Positions 1-9,950 of a stretch of DNA of 64,000 nucleotides are shown here, in pieces (the first letter of the stretch is position 1; each line of letters begins with the position of its first letter). The DNA is taken from assembly GCA_041649675.1 (NCBI GenBank), contig JBAZMQ010000005.1, positions 9,635 through 73,634 on the forward strand, in the 5' to 3' direction. The position numbers and the translations under genes are program-made. This DNA is from Patescibacteria group bacterium. Lineage in GTDB: Bacteria > Patescibacteriota > Patescibacteriia > Buchananbacterales > UBA6539. The notes under the pieces were generated by a model that saw nothing but the letters and a program-made list of their open reading frames with translations, ran no database searches and had not been told where the DNA came from.

Positions 1-8
1 TTGGTTTA

Positions 9-1001
9 ATGCTGATTCGCGGCAATGAAGCTGACTGGGTTTGTCAGGATGGCCAGTGGATTATGCACGGCAGACCTAGCGCACCAAGGCCTAATCAGCC
101 CTGCGGCGACAGTAACCAAAATATTAATGACAACCAAAACGTGGGCTTGGCCAATCCCGCATCAGTTTATTGTAATGAACACAACGGAAAATCCGAAATT
201 GAAACTGACGCCGCCGGCGGCCAATTTGGCATCTGCGTTTTTAACGATGGCAGCGCCTGCGACGAATGGGCTTATTTTAGAAACGAATGTCAGAGCGGAA
301 AAAATATAACGGTTTTCTTGCCACAAAAAGACAGTGAAGTTACTCTACCATTCACCGTCAGCGGTTTGGCCAGGGTCTTTGAAAATATCATCAACCTTCG
401 CTTGAAAACTAATGACGGCACCGTACTTTTTGAAGCGTTTGCTACGGCTCAAAGTCCTGACATTGGCCAATTTGGCGAATTTGAAAAAGAAATTGATAAC
501 CTCAAACAATTACCAAACGATCAAGATGTAACACTGGAAGTTTTTTGGTATTCACCCAAAGACGGCACGGAAATTGACAAAGTCAGCCTACCTTTAAAAT
601 TAAACTTGCCTCAAACTACGGCGGTAAAATTATTTTTTACCAATGATAAATTGGACCCACAAATTTCCTGCAATAAAGTTTTTCCCATTCAAAGGTTTAT
701 TGCTAAAACTCCAGCGGTTGGCCAAAAAACTTTGGAGTTACTGCTTGCCGGCCCAACCAAAGATGAAGGCAATCAAGGTTACAGAACAAGTATTAATTCT
801 GGGGTTAAAATTAATAGCTTAAAAATTGAAAACGCTACGGCTTATGCCGATTTTGATGATACTTTGCAAGCTCAAGTTGGCGGTTCCTGCCTGACGGCTG
901 CCATTCGCACTGAAATTACCGAAACCTTAAAACAATTTCCAACGGTAAAAAATGTCGTCATTTCAATTAATGGCGAGAGCGAAACAATTTTGCAGCCTTA
1001 G
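9..1001 (+). CDS. Exported DUF333 + Gmad2 Ig-like + GerMN domain protein (probably 5'-truncated by the window edge)
   Basis: ANPASVYC...G.C...DG..CDEW.YFR (DUF333), VSGLARVFE (Gmad2), C-terminal LLLAGPT...ETLKQFPTV..V.I.ING (GerMN); frame is open to the window start. Confidence 0.8.
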   Translation: MLIRGNEADWVCQDGQWIMHGRPSAPRPNQPCGDSNQNINDNQNVGLANPASVYCNEHNGKSEIETDAAGGQFGICVFNDGSACDEWAYFRNECQSGKNITVFLPQKDSEVTLPFTVSGLARVFENIINLRLKTNDGTVLFEAFATAQSPDIGQFGEFEKEIDNLKQLPNDQDVTLEVFWYSPKDGTEIDKVSLPLKLNLPQTTAVKLFFTNDKLDPQISCNKVFPIQRFIAKTPAVGQKTLELLLAGPTKDEGNQGYRTSINSGVKINSLKIENATAYADFDDTLQAQVGGSCLTAAIRTEITETLKQFPTVKNVVISINGESETILQP

Positions 1002-1002
1002 C

Positions 1003-1599
1003 TTATCTCTGTAAAAAATTTTTAACTAATTTTCTTTTTTTACTTAATGAGAGCTGATAATTTTTTTTGCTTTTTAGCCTTTGCCGAGTAATTTCAAAAA
1101 GAATAATAGCCGTGGTGACTGAAACATTCAAACTCTGAACCATACCGCGCATGGGAATATAAATTTTTTCATCAGCCATTTTAGCGGCAAGAGGGGAAAG
1201 CCCGCGATGCTCATTACCGATTAAAATAGCAATTTTTGGCTGATTAAATTTCGCCTTAAATATATCCTTTGCTTCTTGATTAAGCAAAGTAGCGACCAAC
1301 GTAAAACCGTCCTTCTTTAATTTCTGCAAACAAGTTTTAGTCGATTTATAGGTTTGAAAATCTAACCATTTGTTGGCTGTGCTTGATGACGATTTACCAA
1401 TTTTTTTTGGATTGTAATATTTTTCCTGTTCAAAAATAAAGTACACCTGCTGTAAGCCAAAGGCATCGCAGGTCCGCAAAATGGCCGCGGCATTATGCGG
1501 ATCGTGAATATCTTCAAAGACTAAAACCAAACCGCTTTGTCGCAATGAAGCAACACTCTTAATTCGATTTAATCGATTTTTAGTTAGCATAACTTTCAA
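1003..1599 (-). CDS. trmH: SpoU/TrmH-family RNA 2'-O-methyltransferase
   Basis: DPHNAAAILRTCDAFG, GNEHRG, IPMRGMVQSLNVSV SPOUT motifs. Confidence 0.85.
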   Translation of the reverse strand: MKVMLTKNRLNRIKSVASLRQSGLVLVFEDIHDPHNAAAILRTCDAFGLQQVYFIFEQEKYYNPKKIGKSSSSTANKWLDFQTYKSTKTCLQKLKKDGFTLVATLLNQEAKDIFKAKFNQPKIAILIGNEHRGLSPLAAKMADEKIYIPMRGMVQSLNVSVTTAIILFEITRQRLKSKKNYQLSLSKKRKLVKNFLQR

Positions 1600-1635
1600 T
1601 TTAGCTTGATTTTTATCTCTCTTTACTATATAATT

Positions 1636-1841
1636 AACCCGACCCCACCCTAAAGATACCGGGGTGTTGGGGCGGGTTTTAATGCATAGAGTCGGCTCCC
1701 CGCCTGCCTGCGCCTTAGTAATTTACTTGAAAATAATATTTAGGATGAATTAAGCTAATTTATTTACTAAAAACATAAGGACGGCATGGCGGGCAGGCGC
1801 CGACGATTATTACTCATACTGCCATTCATAAATGAATGGCA
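1636..1841. repeat. Cluster of three palindromes/hairpins (REP-like) in a divergent intergenic region
   Basis: ACCCGACCCCA..TGGGGCGGGT (1637-1677); GTCGGC-CCCGCCTGCC..GGCATGGCGGG-GCCGAC (1691-1804); perfect TGCCATTCAT-AA-ATGAATGGCA (1820-1841). Confidence 0.6.
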
Positions 1842-1898
1842 ACAACATTATAACATATTAGAGTTCTTTGGTAACTAACTCATAACTAATCAAGCAAT

Positions 1899-2135
1899 AT
1901 GGGAAAAATCTCACGATCACTACGACACTCGGCTATCTCAATGAAAAAGAAGCAAAAACACAAAATTGCTGCTTTGCGCAATCATTATTCTTTGGCTAAA
2001 ACTGAGTTAGACAAAAAGGCGATTATTGAAAAGGCCTTAAGAATTAACCCTTTTTTATCCAAAGAATCATTTTTGGCTGCCATAAAAGATACGGTAGCAA
2101 AAATAGTAAAAAAGAAGCCGCTTGGCCAAGTATAA
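1899..2135 (+). CDS. Small basic protein, DUF6800-like
   Basis: 78 aa, Lys/Arg-rich, ...LRNHYSLAKTELDKKAIIEKALRINP pattern. Confidence 0.6.
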   Translation: MGKISRSLRHSAISMKKKQKHKIAALRNHYSLAKTELDKKAIIEKALRINPFLSKESFLAAIKDTVAKIVKKKPLGQV

Positions 2136-2168
2136 CAAAAAGACTCAAATTTTTAAGCAACTAATACC

Positions 2169-3182
2169 GTGGATTTATCAAGGGTTGAAACAGTCCTAAA
2201 ACCTTATCCTGCTTTTCGTTTAAAGCAGGTTAATTTTGCTGTCTTTAAAAATTTAATTGAATCTTGGGATCAAGTAACCAACTTACCCAAAGACATTCTG
2301 GCCTTACTAAAAAAAGAAATTCCTTTGGAAATTAAGGCAGAAATCCAAAAATCAACTGACAACAAAACAATCAAAGCGGCAATAACTTTAGAAGATAATC
2401 AAATTATTGAAGCGGTGTTAATGCGTCATTCAGATAGCCGCAATACAGTTTGTGTTTCCAGCCAAGTCGGCTGCCCATTGGCTTGCGAATTTTGCGCTAC
2501 CGGCAAATTGGGTTTTAAACGAATTATGACCGCTCAAGAAATTATTGAGCCCGTACTATTATTCAGCCGCTGGCTAAAAAAAGAGGGCCAGCGAGTTGAT
2601 AATATTGTTTTTATGGGTATGGGCGAACCGTTTTTAAACTATGACGAGGTTTTAAAAGCCGTTAGAATTTTAAACGATAATGATAAATTTGGCATCGGCG
2701 CCAGACACATATCAATTTCCACCGCTGGCATTATTGAAGGTATTAAAAAACTGGCTGAAGAAAATCTTCAACTAAATTTGGCCATCTCACTTCATGCACC
2801 AAACGACATTGTGCGTCAAAAAATTATGCCAGTTGCCAAACAATATCCGATTAAAAAACTATTACCCGTCGTTTCTGACTATATTAAAAAGACTAACCGG
2901 CGAGTAATGATTGAGTATTTGATGCTGAAAGATATTAATGATTCACCTAGCCAAGCCAGGGAATTGGCAAAAATTCTCAAACAACAATTGCATCGATTAT
3001 TTTTTGTGAATTTAATTTCCTATAATGACACAAAACAATTTAAGCCGTCTTTACCAAAAACCATCAAGGAATTTAAATCCATTTTGGAAAAAGAAGGTTT
3101 AACGGTAATTCAGCGTTATCGATTTGGTTCGGAAATTGATGGCGCCTGCGGCCAACTGGCAGCGAAATTAAAAAATAACTAA
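2169..3182 (+). CDS. rlmN: 23S rRNA/tRNA m2A methyltransferase RlmN (radical SAM)
   Basis: CVSSQVGCPLACEFCATG, MGMGEP, ISLHAP, IDGACGQL. Confidence 0.95.
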   Translation: MDLSRVETVLKPYPAFRLKQVNFAVFKNLIESWDQVTNLPKDILALLKKEIPLEIKAEIQKSTDNKTIKAAITLEDNQIIEAVLMRHSDSRNTVCVSSQVGCPLACEFCATGKLGFKRIMTAQEIIEPVLLFSRWLKKEGQRVDNIVFMGMGEPFLNYDEVLKAVRILNDNDKFGIGARHISISTAGIIEGIKKLAEENLQLNLAISLHAPNDIVRQKIMPVAKQYPIKKLLPVVSDYIKKTNRRVMIEYLMLKDINDSPSQARELAKILKQQLHRLFFVNLISYNDTKQFKPSLPKTIKEFKSILEKEGLTVIQRYRFGSEIDGACGQLAAKLKNN

Positions 3183-3188
3183 AAAATT

Positions 3189-3461
3189 ATGACGAGCAAA
3201 AAAACTTTTACCGCCCAACAAGCTCAAGAAATCGGCAAACAGCTGGGCATTGATTGGTCAAAATTTGACGTTGAGCAATTTCGAATGGGTATGGATGTTG
3301 AGCTTGAGCATGGCACTATAGATCAAAATACTAATGTTACTAATGATGACCCCTTGCCAACGGGTAAAATTGCCTTGGCCCACCTTAATGAAATTCGCGA
3401 TTATTACACCCGCCTAGCAATAATGGAAAAAGCAGGTGAAGCTTATTGGGAAGGAAAATAA
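3189..3461 (+). CDS. DUF5661-like small protein
   Basis: GMDVELEHG...KIALAHLNE..DYYTRL motif. Confidence 0.7.
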   Translation: MTSKKTFTAQQAQEIGKQLGIDWSKFDVEQFRMGMDVELEHGTIDQNTNVTNDDPLPTGKIALAHLNEIRDYYTRLAIMEKAGEAYWEGK

Positions 3462-3469
3462 TGATACCT

Positions 3470-3501
3470 ACCAAAAGTCGCCAGCCTTGGCGATTTTTGG
3501 T
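3470..3501 (+). terminator. Intrinsic terminator-like hairpin
   Basis: ACCAAAAGTCGCCA-GCCT-TGGCGATTTTTGGT right after the 3461 stop. Confidence 0.6.
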
Positions 3502-3564
3502 ATAATACAAATAAGGTGAGAAAAATAAAAAATCAATGAACAAAGTAATTATTAAATAAAAATT

Positions 3565-3987
3565 ATGTTTAAAAAATCAATTTTATTAGCAACAGGCCTG
3601 ATAACCTTAATGGTTGTCACTGGCTGTGGTAAAGCCAATGTCACACCAACTAATCCTACTCAACAGGGGACAGTACCAATAGATAACTCAATCAAGGTAA
3701 ACCTGGGTACGAATCAACCACCAGCCAAAATTCAAGGTGAATTAAAAAATGTAACAATTAACAACCTGGCGTTTGAACCCAATAAATTAGAAATCAAAGT
3801 CGGCGAAACTGTAAAATGGACTAATCAGGACTCAGTTTCACACACGGTCATTGGTGGACCAGATTGGCAAAGCAATCCCTTGAACACCGGCGAATCTTTC
3901 TACTACACTTTTACCCAGACTGGAACTTATAATTATCATTGCTCAATCCATCCTTCAATGAAGGGAACAATAACTGTCAGCCAATAA
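3565..3987 (+). CDS. Cupredoxin (plastocyanin/amicyanin-like) lipoprotein
   Basis: Lipobox VTGC; WTNQDSVSHTV and YHCSIHPSMKG type-1 copper ligands. Confidence 0.9.
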   Translation: MFKKSILLATGLITLMVVTGCGKANVTPTNPTQQGTVPIDNSIKVNLGTNQPPAKIQGELKNVTINNLAFEPNKLEIKVGETVKWTNQDSVSHTVIGGPDWQSNPLNTGESFYYTFTQTGTYNYHCSIHPSMKGTITVSQ

Positions 3988-3995
3988 ATATCAAT

Positions 3996-4029
3996 AAAAA
4001 AAGCTCTGGCCCTAGCCAAGGCTTTTTTT
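3996..4029 (+). terminator. Intrinsic terminator
   Basis: AAAAAAAGCTCTGGC..GCCAAGGCTTTTTTT. Confidence 0.65.
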
Positions 4030-4057
4030 ATTGATTAAATTCGGGTATAATAGGACT

Positions 4058-5494
4058 ATGGCCAAACCAAATTTAGCTAAAAATACGACTTATTTTACCG
4101 CGGCGCTGACTTTTCAAAAAGTCCTTTCTTTTATTTATTTTTGGTTTGTTTCCAACCATTTATTCCCCAATGAACTGGGCCAATATATCTTTGCCCTTTC
4201 ATTTACTACCTTGTTTTCCATTTTTATTGATTTAGGGCTATCACCGGTATTAACCAGGGAAGCAGCTAAAGACACTAACCAAGCGAACAGCTACTTAAAA
4301 AATGTTTTAGGCTTAAAAATACCTTTGGCAATAATAACCATGATTGCGGTTTGGTTATTTATTAATATTACCAACAAACCGCCCGAAGTCCGCTTATTGG
4401 TTTACCTAGCCAGTATTGTAATGTTACTTGATTCGTTCTCTTTGACTTTTTGGATGATCTTTCGCTCCCGGCATAATTTAAAGTATGAAAGTATTGCCAC
4501 AACTTTAATTCAAATTATTATTTTTAGCTTAGGTATTATTGCCTTAAAAACTACGGGTAAAGTTTCACATTTAGTTTTAGCCTTATTGGCCGCCAGTATT
4601 TTTAACTCTTTACTCTCGGTTAGTCTTTTGAAGTTTAAGCTAAAATTTTCTCTAAGACCCCAATATAATTCTGAGATTATTGGTAAATTTTTAAAAATTA
4701 TGCCGGCCTTTGCTTTGGCTGGAATTTTTGTCAAAATCTACAACACTTCCGATTCAGTCCTATTGAGCTATTTGGGATCAGATACAGCCGTTGGCTTTTT
4801 TGCCGTTCCGGCAAAAGTGGTTTATGCTTTTCAACAAGTAATTCCGGCAGCATTTTCCGCTGCAATTTTTCCGGCTTTTGCTTATTATTATGCCACCTCC
4901 AAAGAACAGTTAGAAAAAACTTTTGAGAGAGCATTTGCTTATCTAACAATAATCAGTTTTCCTTTAACGGTTGGCTTGATCGTTTTGATTCCGCAAATAA
5001 TTACCGTCATTTGGCCAAAATATTACAGCGTGATTCCTTGTTTTTATATTATGACCCTGGCAATTCCTTTCATTTTTTTAGCTTTTCCCACTGGCTATTT
5101 GCTCAATGCCTGCGACCGGCAAAACAACACTACAATCAATCGGGGAATTATTACTGCCCTGGCTGTGATCTTAAATATTATTTTAATCCCGAAATTCAGC
5201 TTTCTGGGAGCGGGTATTACTTTTTTAATTACCAATCTGGTTTTATTATTTTTAGATTTTCACTGGGTCAGAAAGATTATTCCTTTGTCCTACAAAATTT
5301 TAGGCAGCATTATATTAAAGTCTTTGGCTGCTAGCATTGTCATGGCTCTAATAATAATCTTTGCCCGGCCTTATTTTAATTTATTCCTTTTGGCCCCGCT
5401 AGGCGTTTTAATCTATTTTGCCAGTCTTTATTTGCTTAAAGGATTTACTCTAAGCGAAATCACTGATTTGGCCAAAAGGGGATTAGGCCAATAA
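4058..5494 (+). CDS. Polysaccharide flippase (Wzx/MOP family); probable ATG start 4058
   Basis: Multi-TM; LAKNT, DLGLSPVLTRE, DSVLLSYL...VGFF patterns. Confidence 0.85.
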   Translation: MAKPNLAKNTTYFTAALTFQKVLSFIYFWFVSNHLFPNELGQYIFALSFTTLFSIFIDLGLSPVLTREAAKDTNQANSYLKNVLGLKIPLAIITMIAVWLFINITNKPPEVRLLVYLASIVMLLDSFSLTFWMIFRSRHNLKYESIATTLIQIIIFSLGIIALKTTGKVSHLVLALLAASIFNSLLSVSLLKFKLKFSLRPQYNSEIIGKFLKIMPAFALAGIFVKIYNTSDSVLLSYLGSDTAVGFFAVPAKVVYAFQQVIPAAFSAAIFPAFAYYYATSKEQLEKTFERAFAYLTIISFPLTVGLIVLIPQIITVIWPKYYSVIPCFYIMTLAIPFIFLAFPTGYLLNACDRQNNTTINRGIITALAVILNIILIPKFSFLGAGITFLITNLVLLFLDFHWVRKIIPLSYKILGSIILKSLAASIVMALIIIFARPYFNLFLLAPLGVLIYFASLYLLKGFTLSEITDLAKRGLGQ

Positions 5495-5499
5495 ACACT

Positions 5500-6687
5500 A
5501 TGCCAAACGAACTAAAAAAAAGTCTTTTAATAACTCTGGATTTCCCGCCGCGTTTGGGCGGGGTGGCAACTTATTATCACAGTGTCTGTAAAAATTTACC
5601 GGCTGATAAAATCGTGGTTTTAGCTCCCAAGCAAGAAGGCGCAGAATCTTTTGATCAGGCCCAAAACTTCACTATCATTAGAAAAAAAATGCTTGGTCAA
5701 TTTCCAGAAGTTTGGCCAAAAAGTTTAGGTGGAATTATTAAAATAATTTCTCGAATCAAATGGCTTTCAATTATCCGGCATTTAGCTTCGGTGGCAAAAA
5801 CTCATAAAATTGAGATTATCCAGGCCGGCCAAATTTTACCGCTTGGCACTTTGGCTTGGCTCTTTTGGCGGCGCAAAAAAATCCCTTATATTTTTTATGC
5901 TCACGGTTTAGATATCACTTTGCCGCAACGGTTCATGCGAAAAAAAACTTTGCTTAAAAAAATAATTGTTAACGCCAAAGGAATGGTTGCCAACAGTTAC
6001 TTTACCAAAGACGAACTGGTTAAGCTGGGGGCTGACTCAAAAAAAATTATTGTGGTTTACCCTTGCCCGAACCTTGAACTGCAACAAGTCTCTGAAACAG
6101 AAACAGCAAAAATTATTAATGACTATGGTTTAAAAAATAAAAAAATTCTTTTGACCGTTGGCCGGCTGGTAGAAAGAAAAGGTCATGATCTGACAATAAA
6201 ATCTCTACCTAAAATCATCAAGCAGGTACCTAATGTTGTCTACCTAATCGTTGGCAGCGGACCTAGGGAAAAATATCTTAAGGATTTGACTGTTCAAAGC
6301 GGCTTAAGCGAACATGTTCAATTTATTGGAGCAGTTGATCAAAAAAAATTAGCCGCGCTCTACCAGGTTTGTGATGCTTTCATTATGCCTTCGCGGCAGC
6401 TGGCTAACGGCGATGTTGAAGGTTTTGGCATTGTTTATTTGGAAGCCAATCTGTTTGGCAAACCGGCAATTGGCGGGAAAAGCGGGGGAGTACCCGAAGC
6501 AATTGTTGACGGCAAAACCGGCTTACTAGTTGATCCTAACAGCGTTAATGAAATTGCTTTGGCGGCAATAAAATTATTAACTGACCCAGCCTATGCTGAA
6601 CGTTTAGGCTTGCAGGGACTGGAACGGGTAAGCAACGAATTTAATTGGTTTAGCCAAACGGCAAAAATTAAATCTCTTTTGAACTGA
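5500..6687 (+). CDS. Glycosyltransferase family 4
   Basis: DFPPRLGG, VGRLVERKGHD, EGFGIVYLEA. Confidence 0.92.
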   Translation: MPNELKKSLLITLDFPPRLGGVATYYHSVCKNLPADKIVVLAPKQEGAESFDQAQNFTIIRKKMLGQFPEVWPKSLGGIIKIISRIKWLSIIRHLASVAKTHKIEIIQAGQILPLGTLAWLFWRRKKIPYIFYAHGLDITLPQRFMRKKTLLKKIIVNAKGMVANSYFTKDELVKLGADSKKIIVVYPCPNLELQQVSETETAKIINDYGLKNKKILLTVGRLVERKGHDLTIKSLPKIIKQVPNVVYLIVGSGPREKYLKDLTVQSGLSEHVQFIGAVDQKKLAALYQVCDAFIMPSRQLANGDVEGFGIVYLEANLFGKPAIGGKSGGVPEAIVDGKTGLLVDPNSVNEIALAAIKLLTDPAYAERLGLQGLERVSNEFNWFSQTAKIKSLLN

Positions 6688-6688
6688 T

Positions 6689-7366
6689 ATGCCCCAAATT
6701 AGCATTATTATCCCGGTTTATAACGCCCAAAAAACTTTGGAAAAATGTCTGCAAAGTATTTTTAGCCAGACTTTAAATGATTTTGAAATAATTGCCATTA
6801 ATGATGGTTCAACTGACGCCAGCTTAAAAATTTTAGAAAATTACCAAGCTAAAATTAAGATTATCAGCCAGACCAACCAAGGCGCGCCAATAGCTAGAAA
6901 TAACGGGGCTAAAGTAGCTAATGGTGATTATTTAATTTTTTGCGATGCCGACATTATAATGATGCCAACGATGTTGGAGCTGATGCTTAAAACCTTACAA
7001 TCATATGCCAAAGCGTCTTATTGCTATTCTGACTTTAAATTTGGCTTTAAGACTTTTAAACTCTGGCCGTTTGACGAAAATAAACTTAAACAAATTCCTT
7101 ATATCCATACCACTTCACTAATTAAAAAAGAACATTTCCCCGGATTTGATCCAAGCTTAAAACGTTTCCAAGATTGGGATTTGTGGTTAACAATGTTAGA
7201 ACAAGGCCACAAAGGACAGTATCTGGCCCAAACTTTATTTACAATCAAATCGGGCGGCTCCATGAGCCAATGGTTGCCAAAATTTCTTTATAACTTTCCC
7301 TGGCTTAAACGAGTTAAAGAATACAATTTGGCGAAAAAAATTATTAAAGACAAACATCATTTATGA
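6689..7366 (+). CDS. Glycosyltransferase family 2
   Basis: SIIIPVYN, NDGSTD, DAD, QDWDLWL. Confidence 0.9.
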   Translation: MPQISIIIPVYNAQKTLEKCLQSIFSQTLNDFEIIAINDGSTDASLKILENYQAKIKIISQTNQGAPIARNNGAKVANGDYLIFCDADIIMMPTMLELMLKTLQSYAKASYCYSDFKFGFKTFKLWPFDENKLKQIPYIHTTSLIKKEHFPGFDPSLKRFQDWDLWLTMLEQGHKGQYLAQTLFTIKSGGSMSQWLPKFLYNFPWLKRVKEYNLAKKIIKDKHHL

Positions 7367-7815
7367 ATAAACCAATTGCTAAACAATTTTTTTATGTTTC
7401 GCTTAAAATTTTGTTGCAAAACAACAAAGGCCAATTTCTAATTTTAAAAACTCCAAAAGCGACCAGTGAGTTTAAGGGTTATTACGACTTAGCTGGTGGA
7501 ACAATTGATTCAAATGAACTTAAAACCGATTTTGCTAAAATAATCAAAAGAGAAGTAACCGAAGAAATTGGCCTAAAAGTAAGATATAAGTTGCAGCTTC
7601 ATCCGCTGGCAATTTCAAAATATAAATTCAGTTCCGGCCGCTGCCGATTTTATATTCTTTTTAAAGCAAAATATCTAGATGGCGATATAAAAATTTCAAA
7701 AGAGCATACAAAATATTGCTGGAAAAAATTAAACAAAAATAACATTAAAAAATTATTTCATCCCTCTTTAGAGAAATTACTTAAAAATTATTTTAGCGGG
7801 AATAAACACCGCTAG
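7363..7815 (+). CDS. NUDIX hydrolase
   Basis: GG..........KREVTEEIG Nudix box; ISKEH. Confidence 0.75.
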   Translation: MNKPIAKQFFYVSLKILLQNNKGQFLILKTPKATSEFKGYYDLAGGTIDSNELKTDFAKIIKREVTEEIGLKVRYKLQLHPLAISKYKFSSGRCRFYILFKAKYLDGDIKISKEHTKYCWKKLNKNNIKKLFHPSLEKLLKNYFSGNKHR

Positions 7816-7857
7816 TTTCCTAGCGCCTAACTTCCTAATTCCTAACACCCGAACCAA

Positions 7858-8535
7858 ATGATGCGTTTACAAAAATTTATCGCTACTGCCGGTATTGCTT
7901 CTCGCCGCCAAGCCGAAGAACTGATTATTGAAGGTAAAGTTGAGGTTAATGGTAAAATAGTTGATAAACTCGGCACCATCGTTGATGAAGACAATGACGA
8001 GATAAAATATAACGGTAAAATCTTAAAATTGACCGATGACAAAACTTATATTGCTCTAAATAAACCGGTTGGCTATATTAGCAGCGCTAGCACTGAACAA
8101 GGAAAGTCGGTTTTAGATTTGGTTAAAACAAAAAAAAGAATCTATCCCGTTGGCCGGCTTGACAAAGAATCAAGCGGTCTACTGATTTTAACTAATGACG
8201 GGGAATTTGCTAATTTACTGACTCATCCGCGTTACAGTTGTCATAAAGAATATTTTGTCGTTTTAGATCAAGACTTGAAACCAGCGGATATTAAAAAATT
8301 AGAATCTGGCCTGATGCTTGAGGGTAAAAGATTAGCCCCAGTCAAAGTATTGATGGCTAAAAACAAATCCTGCCGCTTAGTTCTACAACAAGGAATAAAC
8401 CGCCAAATCCGCCGAATGCTTGGAAATCTTGGTTATACCGTGATAAAATTAAAACGGATTAAAATCGGCAAACTGGAACTGGGTGATTTGGCCGAAGGCA
8501 AGACAAAAAAAATTAAAAAAGAAGATGTAATGTGA
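7858..8535 (+). CDS. rRNA pseudouridine synthase (RsuA/RluB family, S4 domain)
   Basis: RLQKFIA..G.ASRR, LNKPVG, VGRLDKESSGLLILTNDG. Confidence 0.92.
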   Translation: MMRLQKFIATAGIASRRQAEELIIEGKVEVNGKIVDKLGTIVDEDNDEIKYNGKILKLTDDKTYIALNKPVGYISSASTEQGKSVLDLVKTKKRIYPVGRLDKESSGLLILTNDGEFANLLTHPRYSCHKEYFVVLDQDLKPADIKKLESGLMLEGKRLAPVKVLMAKNKSCRLVLQQGINRQIRRMLGNLGYTVIKLKRIKIGKLELGDLAEGKTKKIKKEDVM

Positions 8536-8539
8536 AAAT

Positions 8540-8713
8540 AAATCTCAAATGACAAATTACAAGATCCAAACAAATTTCAAATCACAATTTTCAAAGTCCA
8601 AACGTTGGGCCTATCGTTTTAGCACTTGGAATTTTGAATTTCGTCATTGATGCTTGTTTGGAATTTGAGATTTGTAATTTGTTTAGAAATTAGAAATTAG
8701 GATTTAGAAATTT
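8540..8713. repeat. 7-nt-periodic palindromic element (family A)
   Basis: Left arm of AAAT(C/T)NC/A-type heptamers ending CCAAACG; right arm CGTTT..TTTGGAATTTGAGATTTGTAATTTGTTTAG..GGATTTAGAAATTT. Confidence 0.75.
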
Positions 8714-8724
8714 GTTTTTTAATT

Positions 8725-9501
8725 ATGCCTGACTTAAGCATCATCATCGTTTCCTGGAACGTCAAAAATTATCTAGAAAAATGTTTGGCTTCGATTTTTC
8801 GCAACCAGCTTGGTTCAAATTTGGAAGTAATCGTGGTTGATAATGCTTCAACCGATGGTACAACCGAAATGGTAAAAAATAATTTCACCCAAGTTAAATT
8901 AATTACCAACGAAACTAATTTAGGATTTGCCACGGCCAATAATCAAGGTATTTTGGCCAGCCGAAGTGATTTTATTTTGGCCTTAAATCCTGATACTGAA
9001 ATTCTAAACGATGCTTTACAAAAAAGTTTGGAGTTTATGAAAAAGAATGCCCAAATCGGAATTTTAGGCTGCAAACATTTAAATCCCGACTGGACCCTGC
9101 AACCATCGGTTCGGCGCTTACCGAATTTTTGGGCCATATTTTTTATTATCACCAAGCTGGCAAAAATATTTCCTGACATGCCACCAATTTACGACTACTT
9201 AGCCAAAGACTTTGATTACAAGCTGGCCCAGCCCGCTGAACAAGTAGCCGGATCATTTTTTTTACTCCGCAAAAAAACCATTGATGAAATCGGTTTATTT
9301 GACGAAAACTTTTTTACCTGGTTTGAAGAAGTGGATATGTGTAAACGCGCCAAAGATGCTGGCTGGCAAGTTTGGTATTATCCCGAAGCCCAAATTGTTC
9401 ATCATGGCGGCCAAAGTTTCATTCAGGAGCTGACTTGGAAAAAACAAAACGTTTTCTTTGCCAGCGCCTTTTATTATTTTAAAAAGCATGGATTCAAATA
9501 A
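8725..9501 (+). CDS. Glycosyltransferase family 2 (WbbL-like)
   Basis: SIIIVSWN, VDNASTDG, NLGFATANNQG, LNPD, FDENFF.WFEEVD. Confidence 0.9.
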   Translation: MPDLSIIIVSWNVKNYLEKCLASIFRNQLGSNLEVIVVDNASTDGTTEMVKNNFTQVKLITNETNLGFATANNQGILASRSDFILALNPDTEILNDALQKSLEFMKKNAQIGILGCKHLNPDWTLQPSVRRLPNFWAIFFIITKLAKIFPDMPPIYDYLAKDFDYKLAQPAEQVAGSFFLLRKKTIDEIGLFDENFFTWFEEVDMCKRAKDAGWQVWYYPEAQIVHHGGQSFIQELTWKKQNVFFASAFYYFKKHGFK

Positions 9502-9605
9502 TGGCTTAATTCTACAAGAAAGTCGTTAAAATAAACAAATTTTATCAACAGCCTTAAATTCTAAGGTTATTTTTTTACCTTAAATTAGATAAAAAATAAT
9601 AAACC

Positions 9606-9634
9606 TTGACTTTTTGACCAAAACGATTTATTAT
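9606..9634 (+). promoter_or_regulatory. sigma70-type promoter of orphan unit 1
   Basis: TTGACT-17 nt-TATTAT. Confidence 0.7.
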
Positions 9635-9702
9635 AAAAACAATCAAATTGTGGCTGGAAGCTTAGGGTGCTTGGCAAGACCTTGTTTTGCCAGAAATACC
9701 TA

Positions 9703-9746
9703 AGCTTCAGCAGTGGCTTAATGAGCTTCAGCAGTGGCTTAATGAG
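9703..9746 (+). repeat. Perfect 21-bp tandem duplication in a structured leader
   Basis: AGCTTCAGCAGTGGCTTAATG x2. Confidence 0.9.
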
Positions 9747-9950
9747 AATTTGCATCTAACCAACTGATGGGGTGAAACGGAAAGGAGGACACCATCAAAA
9801 TGCAAAGTCTTATTGGTCAAGGCAAAAAGTCTTAATTAAGACACAACACAAAAAGAGACGAGACAAGTTGTTCCAATTGCAATTGGGTGTGGTAAGCTGT
9901 CGCCAAGAAGGTGATGACTGCCACGAAACCGTGAAATGGAGGATTCTCCT

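Noticed and set aside
9703-9746. CRISPR array
   Set aside because: Only two directly abutting 21-bp copies, no spacers and no cas genes.
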